Assembly: GCA_033442325.1 (NCBI GenBank)
Contig: JAWQFM010000006.1
Location: 895,200 to 959,199, forward strand
Length of the DNA: 64,000 nucleotides
Direction: 5' to 3'
Source of the DNA: Salpingoeca rosetta
Lineage: Eukaryota; Protista; Choanoflagellata
The notes under the pieces are model-generated. The model saw only the letters and a program-made list of their open reading frames with translations. It was not told where the DNA came from and searched no databases. The position numbers were made by a program, and so were the translations under genes. Shown piece by piece: positions 11,679 to 23,319 of the stretch. Each line of letters begins with the position of its first letter. Within the stretch, counting starts at the first letter, position 1.

Positions 11679-13149
11679 GCGAACCACTAGCTCACCTTGA
11701 AGGAACGCATGCTGGCTGGGCGTGAAAGTGTGAAAAGAGGGCGCCCTCCGACGCAAGGCGATCCACGTTTGGGGTGGAGTGGTGCGACCCATAGGCGCCA
11801 ATACGCTCGGCACCCACGTCATCGGCAAACATGAGGATGATGCCACGCGGGGCAGACGATGACAGCGCAGGCGTTGATGATGACGAGGATGAAGTGGATG
11901 TTGACGATGATGTGGATGATGAGGAGGATGTTGATGATGATGACGACGTAGAGGTGGAGGAAGACGTGGAGGTGGAGGAGGATGTGGAGGTGGAAGATGA
12001 GGACGATACACTGGACTGCTCGTGGCCCAGTGACGACGAAGGTCTTGTTGTCATGGTGGTGGTGGTGGACGTCGTGGTGGATGTAGTGGTGGACGTTGTT
12101 GTTGTTGTTGTGGCTGGGGGATGCATTGTGGTTGCATCACCAGGAGGTGGCGTGGTGGTTGATGTGGTGGTTGACGTTGTGGTGGATGTAGTGGTGGATG
12201 TGGTGGTTGGCATGCTACTCGATGTCGTAGTTGATGTGGTGGTTGGCATGCTACTCGATGTCGTAGTTGATGTGGTGGTCAATGTGGTGGTTGTAGGAAG
12301 GTTGATGCGGGAGAGGGAAAAGGAGTGGAAGGTGGTTGATGTGAGCCTGTGTGGCTCTGCATCCCGAAGCAGCGAGCAGATGATGGGGATGGCATCGTCA
12401 CCTGGCGTGCCAGAGTTGGCTGTGGCCTGAAACGACGGGCGCGTCTGCACAATGTGCAGGGCGTCGCATTCGGCCGTTGCCAGGCACGTGGCCATGCAGT
12501 CTGAGACACGGGAGACGAAGGAGCGGATGAGGTGGCCAATCTCCAGTCGGAAGGCATAGTCGCTCGGGGAGCCCGGCGCGAAAGGGACGGCGCCAACCGC
12601 ATCAACCGCAAACCCCATGCTGGCTGCACGCGCGTGCACGTGGTCGTACGAAACCCACGCCCTCAGGGCGTCGGTGGGAAGCTGTGGTGGGAACTGGTCC
12701 TGCAGCGGCGTGCGCAGCAGCGTGAAGGACGACGTGCCTGTGGGCACGGGCTGCCCTGTTGCTGGCGCGTTTGGCAGGAGGTAGCACGCATACTCCGGGG
12801 CCACGATGAAGAACACGCCGGCGCACTCGTCAAGGGAAACGGAGGAGCACAGGTTCACGCACGACTCCAGGTCAATGCGCTTCACATTTGGAACCGAGAC
12901 GCCAGAGAAGAGGACCGCAGGCCGAACCACATCCTCGGTTGCAAACCGGGTGGATGGGTAAGCACCGACGAAGCACTCGTAAAAACCGGATGGCACGACC
13001 GGGCCATGGAGCGACGGATCGCTTGTCGTTCTCGCAGCCGAGCCGGAGCTGGACGCGTGGGCCGTCTGCGTGGCCAGCGTTGCCAGCAAGGCAACGGCCA
13101 AGACACACGCCGCCGCAGTCATCGCCAACGTACGGTGAGCAGTGAGCAT
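9242..13149 (-). CDS. Secreted modular formylglycine-dependent (S1) sulfatase: signal peptide, two PAN/apple-like domains, Thr/Ser mucin stalk, sulfatase domain, Cys-rich C-terminal repeats
   Basis: Exons 11696-13149, 11199-11356, ~10826-10965, 9242-~10522. Motifs IILMFADDVG, TPNVDRLASEG, CVPSRSTLLSG (CxPSR), AGYSTAQILKWHLG, PFFLYYPMLLGH, DTLLLFVGDNG, GAKFSVFDNGTRVP. The C-terminal tail has paired CxxC repeats. Confidence 0.92.
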
Positions 13150-13786
13150 CGATCGATTCGATCGATTGCCAGTGGTTTGGGGTCAAGCGATGTGTGCGAG
13201 TGTGTGTGTGTGTGTGTGTGGTAGGGGGGGGGCTGCAGTTCCACACTACTCACCACCTCAATCCAAGAGGTCCTCTGCGATCTAAACTGTGCTTGCAGCA
13301 CAGGTGCTGTTGGTTGGCAAAGAAGGAAGAAGAGGTAAAAGTGCTCACATCAGCCGCCTCTCACTTCGCGCAGCCACATCATGCGCTGAACGTTGTTTCG
13401 TTTTCATGTCGTGGGTGCAGAAGCAAAAACTACCGCGAGGGTCGCGTTGTGGCGGGTTGGGTTGTCCGGACAACGTGAAAAATTAAATGTGCATCGACTC
13501 ATTGCTGCTTGCTTATTCTGTGCAATTTGCGCCTGGTTGGTCCTGTGTGTGCTGCAGCCGCCAACAACAACAACAACACCAGGCAAGGCAAAGAAGGCGA
13601 GGGTTCGAGGGTTCGAGGCAACAGACGGAGAGGGGGGGTGTGCCTCTTCTTCAAGTTGGTGACATCAACCTCGCTGGTGCTGCCGTCCCCCCGGCCGCAA
13701 CCTGCTCGGGATCTGCCTGCAAACAACCACGGGAGCAACATACATAGTACAGCCAGCATAGATAGGAACCAAATGTACAGCGCAGC

Positions 13787-15415
13787 ATGGACAACCTAAA
13801 CGCAGAGCCATGGTTTGCGGGATCCATGCAACGCGACGAGTGTGATCAGTACATGCACCAACCACGTCAGTCATGCCCACACTCATCCAAGCTGGCCTTT
13901 CTTGTTTGCCATGTGTGCGCTTGCTATGCGTGTGCTTGTTGTGTGAGCCCTTGACGTGTGCTTGGCTGCTGGATTGATTGATTGCTGTGCTTGCTTGCTT
14001 TCGATGCGTTCTTCATGTGCCTGTGTTCTCTTTCCACTGACACACATACAGGCACGCACTGACACGCACACACACACACATACACACATACACACACACA
14101 CATACACACACATACACACACGCACACACACACGTACTCGCATACGCACACGTATGCATGTTATCATGATGACACACTCGTTGATTCCTTTGCTCCCCCT
14201 CCACCGCCAATCACGCCTCATCATGCATGCTCACTGCGTGACCGCAGATGTCGAGCATGGCCACTTTCTCGTGCGGGAATCGCAATCCGCCCCAGGCGTC
14301 TACACGCTCGTGATCAAGCAAGGCCCCTTTATCAGAAACTTTCGCATCTCCGAGGTTAGTGCGGTGTTTTGGACTGGGGTGAGCGTTCCTGCTTTGGGTG
14401 TTGATGTGGATGTAAGGGTGTCTGAAGTAACAACGTAACGTCCTGTTTATCCTCCCTTTCACACACACATGCTTTCACGCACACGCATGCTTTCACGCAC
14501 ACACATGCTTTCACTCACACACACGCACACATACACACACGCAGGCGGGAGGGCAATACTACTTGGTGGAGGGAAACACATTCCCCACTATCGGGTTGCT
14601 GTTGCAGTCTGCCATGTCCAGCGGCATGTCTTCAGAAGGAGAGCTGATTGTCCTCAAACCCCTCCATGTCAACCCAAACGCCGCGTCTCCAGACCAGCCG
14701 TCCGCTGTGCCCATGATCCAAGACCAGGAAGTGTACGAGAGCATCGACGAGCCTCCAAGCGCACAGTCGAGCAGGCCGCCTCCCGTCCCCACATCAGCCA
14801 GGCCCGCCGCCCTCTCGCCACAACGTCCGCTGCCGCCGCCACCACCACCATCATCATCATCATCAACCACCACCAACACCACCACCCCGGTGGCACAAGC
14901 GCCCACAGAGAACTACGGAAAGGTCAACACGCTGCGGCCTGGCGCAACGCTGCTAGGTGGCAACGAGCCCACATATGGTCAGATCCCAGACAGCCCAGAG
15001 GACGATGCATCTGCGGTCGACTTTGGTGTGCCGCTCCCTGCAACATCAACACGTGCGCCACCACCTCTCCCACCAGCAAACACGCGGCCCATGCACCAGC
15101 ACCAACGGCACCAACAGCACCAACAGCACCCGGGTGAACAGGATCTGTATGAAGACCTTGACACTGAGCAGCCCGACGAGGATTTGTACGAAGCAATTGA
15201 CGACAAGAATCGTGGCTCCAGTCACCGCGCACCCCCGGTTTGTTGCACACGTGCGATGTTGGTTTTCGGTGGAGGCGGAGGATGGGGAGTGAAGAAAGCC
15301 GCTGAGCAGGATAGGATGCTTGCCTTTGGTTCTTTTGTGTTGATGTGGCTCTCATCGATGTTCACACACACACACACGCACGCACCCACCACACGCACCC
15401 ACACACACACACGCG

Positions 15416-15484
<69 letters not shown>

Positions 15485-15584
15485 NNNNNNNNNNNNNNNN
15501 NNNNNNNNNNNNNNNNNNNNNNNNNNNNNNNNNNNNNNNNNNNNNNNNNNNNNNNNNNNNNNNNNNNNNNNNNNNNNNNNNNNN

Positions 15585-15621
<37 letters not shown>

Positions 15622-18015
15622 CACGCACACACACAGCAGGTGGCAGCCGTGCATGATGGCGGTTTGTACAGTGCCCTGCCACCTGCCCGCCACCAAGCCA
15701 CTGCAGGAAGCGATGACGCACCACCGATGCTGCCACCAAAGGGCATCAAGAAACGGCCACCACCACCTGTTGTGGCAGTTGCAGAGGAAGGCATGTACTC
15801 TGCACTGCCCAAGCGCGGGGCAACCGTGTCGCAGCCTCTACAGGCGCCATCCTCCCTACCACAATCATCAGCATCAGCCGCAGCGGCAAGGTTACGGGCA
15901 CAGTCTGCTGGTGACCAACACCACCCTGCCCCTGTGGTGCAGGCCGTTGCGGATGACATGTACTCTGCACTGCCGCCCTCCCGCCCACCACCGCAGCTGC
16001 AAGTGCAACAGGGGTACACGAAGATGCAAGCAAACCCAACAGCGTCGTCAGGCATCGCGCAGCAGCCACCACTGCCATCCATTCCCCAGCAGCAGCAGCA
16101 GCAGCAGGTGATGGGCTCAGAGATGTATGTGAACGAACAAGCGCTGCAGAGCACACACGCTGGAGCACCAATTCCATCGGACGAGCAATACGGAAATCAG
16201 GAAGCCCTCAACGCGCAATGGCAGCAGCAACAACAACAACAGCAGCAGCAGCAGCAACAGAGAGGAGGGGTAGCACCAACATTGTCATCACCAGGGACTG
16301 CGGGTGCGGGTGTGATGATGCCTGAGATTTACGAAAACGAGTCTGCGCTGTCATCCTCAACTGCACAAGCACCGCCGTCGTCGCCACCGCAATCGTCCGC
16401 ACCCAACATCATGCCCGAGATCTATGGGAACCAGGCCACAATCGACGCCGATGCAGCCAAGTCGCAATCACCAGCGGCAACGGCAGCGGCCATGGCTAAC
16501 CCTGTGATTCCACAGCATGATGCGGAGTACGATGTGGATGCAGGCACACCGACGCTGGACCTGTTTGGGTTCGACCACCCGCCCATCCACACGCACGCGC
16601 TACACGACGACAGCCACAAGCTTGACCCGCCACAGCTCGCTCTGTACGACAACGACAGCGCAGCCAAGTCCCCGCCGGAGTGCGACCGGGAGTACGACGT
16701 GAATGCTGGTGCCCCTGTTCTCGACTTTACACACCCGCAATTGGGCGATCGCAGTGCCCCCGTGTACGGTGACGTTGACGGTGACGGCAATGGCGACAGA
16801 ACCGCAGCAGCACCACCAACGCTAGATTCCATGCACACGTACGGCGATGTGGATGAGCCACCCGTGCAAGACCAAGAAGTGTACGAGGACATTGACGAGC
16901 ATAATCCTGCATCGAATCGACCATCAGCGACTGCAACTGCAACTGCAGCAGCAGTGGCATCGTCACAGGAGCCCGTGTATGGCGACCCCGACGACGAACT
17001 TCAGCCACCACCGCAGCAACAACGACACCAACAACACCAACAAGAACAACATCAGCAGGGGCCGGGAAAGCAGTCGCAGGTGACACACCAGCCAATCAGC
17101 GGTGTGCAGATAACCAGCAGCGGAACAGATGCACAGCCCCACATCCGGCGTAGGTTCTGATGTGTGTGTGTGTGCGTGTGCGTGGGAGTGCGTGTATGCA
17201 TGTATGTTCGTGCGTGCGTGTATGCATGTGTGTGTGCGGGTGTGCGAGTATGCATGTATTTGTGTATGTGTATACGTGCGTGTATGCATGTATTTGTGTA
17301 TGTGTATACATGTGTCTGTGTGTGTGCCCATGTGCTTGGCCGGTACCTCGTGCCATGTATGCCGCTTGACGCCACTTGTTTGCTCCCGTGTGCACTGCCC
17401 AGCCCTGTCACCCGTCTCCATCCTCCACCTGCTGCTCGCCATCTCGGCAGGCATCTTCCTCATGATTCTACTCGGTGAGCGAACGAACGACCACTGCGCA
17501 GACTGCACGTTCTCCTTCTTGTACCTGTTGTGTGGGGATCAACCTGCACATAGGCACGTACCTGCGTGTGTTTGCGTGTATGCATGTGCGTGTGTCTGTT
17601 TGCGTGTATGCACGTGTGTGTGTGTGTGTGCTACGCACGTTCAATGTTCATGTTTGTTTGCTGACTTGTTTCAAATCATCCACCATCCGTCCTTGATGAT
17701 GATTCGACACAGCCCTGTTTTTGAATTACTGGACCTTTCCCGGGAGTTCTGGCGTTTGGTGTAAGTCGTGTTGTCACACACCACAACACCGTTTGGCGGT
17801 GTTCGTGTCTTGTGCACGGTGTGTGTTGTGTGTGGAACCACCCAACGCAAGCAAACGCAATCAAACACATTCACAACCGGTCGCAAACATATTCTCTCTC
17901 CCTCTCGTCTGCGCTTGAACAACCTCACATACGCACATCCAAACACACACACACACACATACGCTCATACCGTCATACTCACGCGAACACGTGCGTCCCC
18001 GTTGTGCGCGTGTGA

Positions 18016-18076
<61 letters not shown>

Positions 18077-19330
18077 GGTGTGTGTGTGTTGGTGCTGCAG
18101 TTGCGTCCAATTTTGGCGGCAGCGCAGAGGCGGAAGTCACGCGTGCGTTTCTCTTCATCGCCCTCGCCACCAGCATCGCTCTCTTTGTTCTTCTCTATCG
18201 ACACTTGAACGAGGTGCGAACCACACACGCCCGTCCTCTGTTGTGTGTGCCCATGTGCAGGGCCGTGTGTGTATGTATGTGCGTTGCTACAATTCGAAGT
18301 CTTGCGTGTCGCACCACCTCCACTCATGACCTCGTACATGGCACTGTCAACTCTCACTGCAGGTGCACCATGCGCCCGTGCACACCTTGGTCCCCAACAC
18401 GGTGAAAGTCGTCGCACCCATCTTATGTACGTTTTCACACAAGTGTGTGCATCTGAGCATGTGCGTGCGTGTATGTGTGAGCGTGCGTGTGTGTATGTGT
18501 GTGTGTACATCAGCAACAAGTGCTGGCACCACCAGACGAGGCACAATCCAAGCCATGAATCCCTTCCTCACCCTCCTCGCACGCTTTCTCTCCCCTCCCC
18601 TCACCCACCTTCACGCCAGGGCTTGCGCTGTGTGCATATGGGAGCATCTGGAGCGACACGTGCGTGGTGCTTGGCCATTCCTTTGGCCTCGCCACCACCG
18701 CCCTCGTGCTCACGTAAGCTGTGTATGCGTTTGCCCACAGTATCGAAGCTCGCCACTGCATTTCATAGCTGCTCGCGTGATGTGAAAGTTGTTGTTCCCA
18801 TGTACGCGAGCACCTATCGCACACCTATACGTGCACCTCTTCATCACACACACACACACACACGAGCGTGCACACAAGTATGCACATTGGCAAGTTGCAA
18901 ACCGCTCATGTTGACCTGCTCAACATCACACGGCTTGCATCACTCGCCGCCATCACACCACAGCTCGTGTGTGGTGACTGTGTGCTTCCAAGCACCCCGG
19001 CGGTTTGTTGCGTCGCGTTGGTCGCGTGCTGCGAGTGTGCGCATGCGCAGATTCTGGGCCCCTGTCACCGCCGCTGTTTCCGCCATCACCTTTGCGCTCG
19101 CCGTCGCTGGTGTGTGTTTGGGTGTTTGTGTGTTTGTGTGTTTGTGTTTTGGTGTGTGTGTGTGTTTGTGTGTGTATGTGTGCGTTTGTCTCGTGCTTGT
19201 GCTTGTGTTTTGCGTGCATTGCTCCGCCCCTTCACTCAACACATGTCCACGCGGCTTGCCATTGACGACAGCGCTCGTGCTTCCGTGGGCAACGATTGGC
19301 TTCAGTGAGCTTGGCCTCATCAGGTAACTC

Positions 19331-19417
<87 letters not shown>

Positions 19418-21199
19418 GTTTGGTGTTGTTGCCGTGTCCGCTTTCCAATTGTGATGGTTACGTCGACCTCATTCATGGGTCCCCGCTAACCCCCTCCCCA
19501 TCCCAATCCCTCAACTGCGTCAGGACATCGACCGGTATCGGTGGATCAACCCTTAACACCGCGTTTCCGCTGTGCAGGGTGCACATGTCGTTGCCTCAAG
19601 TCGCAATGGCCGGTGCCCACCTGCTGGCGTTTCTAGCGGCACTCACCCTCGGTACTGTCCGTCATGTCCGCATGCTGAGGCTTGCGTTGAAGTGTTGTAA
19701 AGTATTGTGCAGAGTTGTGACAATCATGTCATGCAATACACGAACATGCGGCTAACCATTGACCAACGCACTTGTACGCGTGCATGTGTGCGTGGATGTT
19801 TGTGTCTGCATGTGGACTGTAGCGTGCACGGCTGCTTCGGTCCTGCTTGCGCTCTGCGAGAAGCGCGTGGTTGTGTTGCAACATCTTGTTCTTGGACGCC
19901 TATTCCTCCTCCACGCGCCCCTGGCCATTGCTGCCACCCTCTTCGTTTCGGGTGCGCACGTGTGTGTGTTTGCACGTGTGCGTGTGTGTGCATGTGCGCG
20001 TGGTTGCGTGTCTTTGCTGTGTGTGTGTGTGTGCCAAACCAACGTCGCTGCATATCCTTGTGACTGACTCATGGCTATTTTCTGTTTCTGTTGCCTCTGT
20101 TTCCACGGCGCAGGCTTCCTCGGCTTGGTTGCTGTCATTTCGTGGGCTGCGCTGAGCCTACCAGGGTGTGTCTCCATTGAAATGGGTGCTGGCACTTCTG
20201 TGGTGCCGTGATGGCGTGATGTTTGCGATTGAAACGCGTGTTGTCTTCACGCCACACCTGCTGCCGTCTTCGTTGGTGCAACGGGATGACCTGCCTCACA
20301 GAGCAATGCTCACCGCAACACGAGCTCACGCTACCACATTCTCACGCACCCAACGCACGTGCACACATGTGCAGGTCGCTATCCACTGGGTTTATTCTGG
20401 GCGTGGTGGCCAGTGTACTGTGTCTCGTCTATGCGAGTGCATCACGGTTTGTGTTTGTGTCGCAGCACCGCGCTGTTCTGCCGAAGCAGCTGGCGGCTGC
20501 AGACGTCGGCCGCCCCAGTGCCCGCAGCTCTCGTCACGACCCGCTCTCAGCCATGTCGGAGCTCGGAAACGAGTCCCAACGTGTGTAGCGCACCTTGGCT
20601 GCTTCGTTGCTGCTGTTGAAACCGTTGTCTGTTTTGATTTTACTTTGTTCCAGCTGTGTGTACGTGTGTGTGTGCGTGTGTGTGTGCGTGTGTGTGTGCG
20701 TGTGTGTGTGTGTGTGTGCGTGCGTGTGTGCGTGCGTGTGTGCGTGTGTGTGCGTGTGCGTGTGCGTGTGCGTGTGTGTGCGCGCGCGTGTGTGTGTGTG
20801 TGAAAACAGTTGTTTGCGATGCAACTGCTGGCGCTGTCCTGTGGATTGTGGTTGCAGCAGCTGGCATTGTCTGCTGTTGTTGTATGCGCACTGCAGATGT
20901 ACGCATGACTCACGCTTTGCCGCCCATAATGTCATTGCTTGCTTTCGCCCGTCTGTGTGCAGAGTTTGAGATGGTGCAGAATCCGCTTGTTCAGGTAACA
21001 AACAGCACCACGACTTCATGGCCTTTGAGCACAACCGACCTCACAACTGTGATGCTGCGTCTGCTCTCGTCTGTGTTGTTCTCACCATTTTTACCATTTA
21101 CACGCACACACACGCACACACACACACACACGCCTACGCACGCACACACACACGCACACACACACACGCCTACGCACGCACACACACACGCACACACAC

Positions 21200-21238
<39 letters not shown>

Positions 21239-21508
21239 CTCTCTCTCTCTCTCTCTCTCCCACTTAATCTCTGCGGCTTCCCCCTTGTATTCGTACAGAA
21301 CGGGAACAAGGAGCACCGACCGCCAATCCCGACGCCGTACCACGAGCAGCAGCAGCAGGTCGAGGTGCCAGGGTTCATGCCAGATGCAACCACAGACGAG
21401 AGTGTTGCGCACATGCAGGTCTTGGGCGTGCAGCACGGGGACTCTGCTGTGGACCCTCAGCTGAACCTCAGTCATGGCGAGGAGATGACGCAGCAAGTTG
21501 GCGTGTAG
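13787..21508 (+). CDS. SH2-domain, multi-tyrosine-motif scaffold apparently fused to two claudin/PMP22-like membrane units (~16 exons; could alternatively be two genes split near 17160)
   Basis: SH2 spans three exons: [20 protein letters not shown] / [24 protein letters not shown] / [17 protein letters not shown] long P/Q-rich region with ~20 acidic Tyr motifs follows. Phase-consistent exons at 17403-17474, 17713-17760, 18101-18213, ~18620-18713, ~19051-19109, ~19272-19323, ~19523-19651, ~19823-19951, ~20114-20207, ~20375-20580, ~20964-20995 and 21299-21508 encode 7-8 hydrophobic helices and end QQVGV-TAG. Confidence 0.7.
15485..15584. other. Assembly gap (100 N) inside an intronic (CA)n tract
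   Basis: Run of N flanked by CA repeats. Confidence 0.99.
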
Positions 21509-21726
21509 CAGGGGTTGCCACTGCCGCTGCCGCTGCCACGACTACTGTTACGGCCACATGCACCGCTGCAAGCACGACTACTACCACTGCTTGCTGCGTG
21601 CGACTGCTGCTCCTGTCGTTACATTGTTCACATATGGCGAGATGGCGGATGGTGTTGTTATCGTGTCAGCACGGTTGTTGTTCGTCTACCCTCTGCACCT
21701 CATGTGGCTTTCCCCTGAAAGGCGTC

Positions 21727-21962
21727 NNNNNNNNNNNNNNNNNNNNNNNNNNNNNNNNNNNNNNNNNNNNNNNNNNNNNNNNNNNNNNNNNNNNNNNNNN
21801 NNNNNNNNNNNNNNNNNNNNNNNNNNNNNNNNNNNNNNNNNNNNNNNNNNNNNNNNNNNNNNNNNNNNNNNNNNNNNNNNNNNNNNNNNNNNNNNNNNNN
21901 NNNNNNNNNNNNNNNNNNNNNNNNNNNNNNNNNNNNNNNNNNNNNNNNNNNNNNNNNNNNNN
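21727..21962. other. Assembly gap (236 N), probably hiding the MED6 promoter/first exon
   Basis: Run of N directly upstream of the first visible MED6 exon. Confidence 0.95.
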
Positions 21963-22117
21963 TGTGTTGAGTGGTGTGTGTGTGTGTTGAGTGGTGTGTG
22001 GTGAGTGGTGTATGTGTGTGTGTGTGTGTGCAGTGCAGTGTGTGCCGCCTCACGCATGATCGCTACTTTACCCATGCACTCACTTCCCACATGCACATAC
22101 GTATGTTTGCGATGTAG

Positions 22118-22255
22118 GTATGATCCACGCTTCCCGCCGCACGCTTTGACATGTATGTCGACACGTGTTTGGCATGCGTTTGTTTGCCCGCACTGGTCTT
22201 GTTGTCGCTTTGCGACGCCTGCACTGTTACCGCGTTGTTCGCTCACCGCTACTGG

Positions 22256-22300
<45 letters not shown>

Positions 22301-22312
22301 ACACATACACAC

Positions 22313-22351
<39 letters not shown>

Positions 22352-22363
22352 ACACATACACAC

Positions 22364-22401
<38 letters not shown>

Positions 22402-23285
22402 CAAGATGCCAATGTGTTGGACTACTTTGGCCACCCGGACTCCAACCCTTTCTACGAGCGAGAGTCGCTGAACGAACGCCAGAAACAGGAAGGCATTGAC
22501 CCAGAGCGCCTCAAGTCAGTGTGATGTGCAGTGGAGAGACATAGTGGTGGTAGTGTCGCAGACGGAGATGGCATCCCTCTTTCATGCTTGCTGCTTTGAT
22601 CTCACTCACACACGCATACTCACACACGCATACTCACTCTCTCACACACACACACACTCACACACACACACTCACACTCACACACTCACACACACTCACA
22701 CTGTCTCACTCACTCACTCACTCACACACACTCTCACACACACTCACGCATCGGCCTTTGCACGCTTCCCACACAACACATGTGAAACAGGAACTATGAA
22801 GGTGTGGAGTACGCGGTTTCCCATGCACAGGACCCTGTGTTGCAAGTCATCCGAAAGCAGCTGACGCAGCGCGGGCGACCACCAAAGCCGCTGGCTTACT
22901 ATTACGTTGCCCGCGGCAATGCCTTCCAAGCACCAGATGTGTGCTCCGTTGTATCCAGCCGTCTGGTGCGTCCGCCATGGTGGCCCCTGCTTGTTGCCCT
23001 TGCACTGCTTGTGTATGTATGTATGTATGTATGTATGTATGTATGTATGTATGTATGTATGTATGTATGTATGTATGTATGTATGTATGTATGTATGTAT
23101 GTATGTATGTATGTATGTATGTGTGTGAGTATGTGTACGTGTGTGTTTGATTGCGATCAACCATCATCTTATTCAAGACGCGGCACCACGTACCGACCAC
23201 CACCACAGGCATCCACCATGTTCCACCTGAGGAAAGCATTGTCAATTGGTAAGTTAACATGGTTGGTGTGACTTGATGTGGCGCG

Positions 23286-23319
<34 letters not shown>

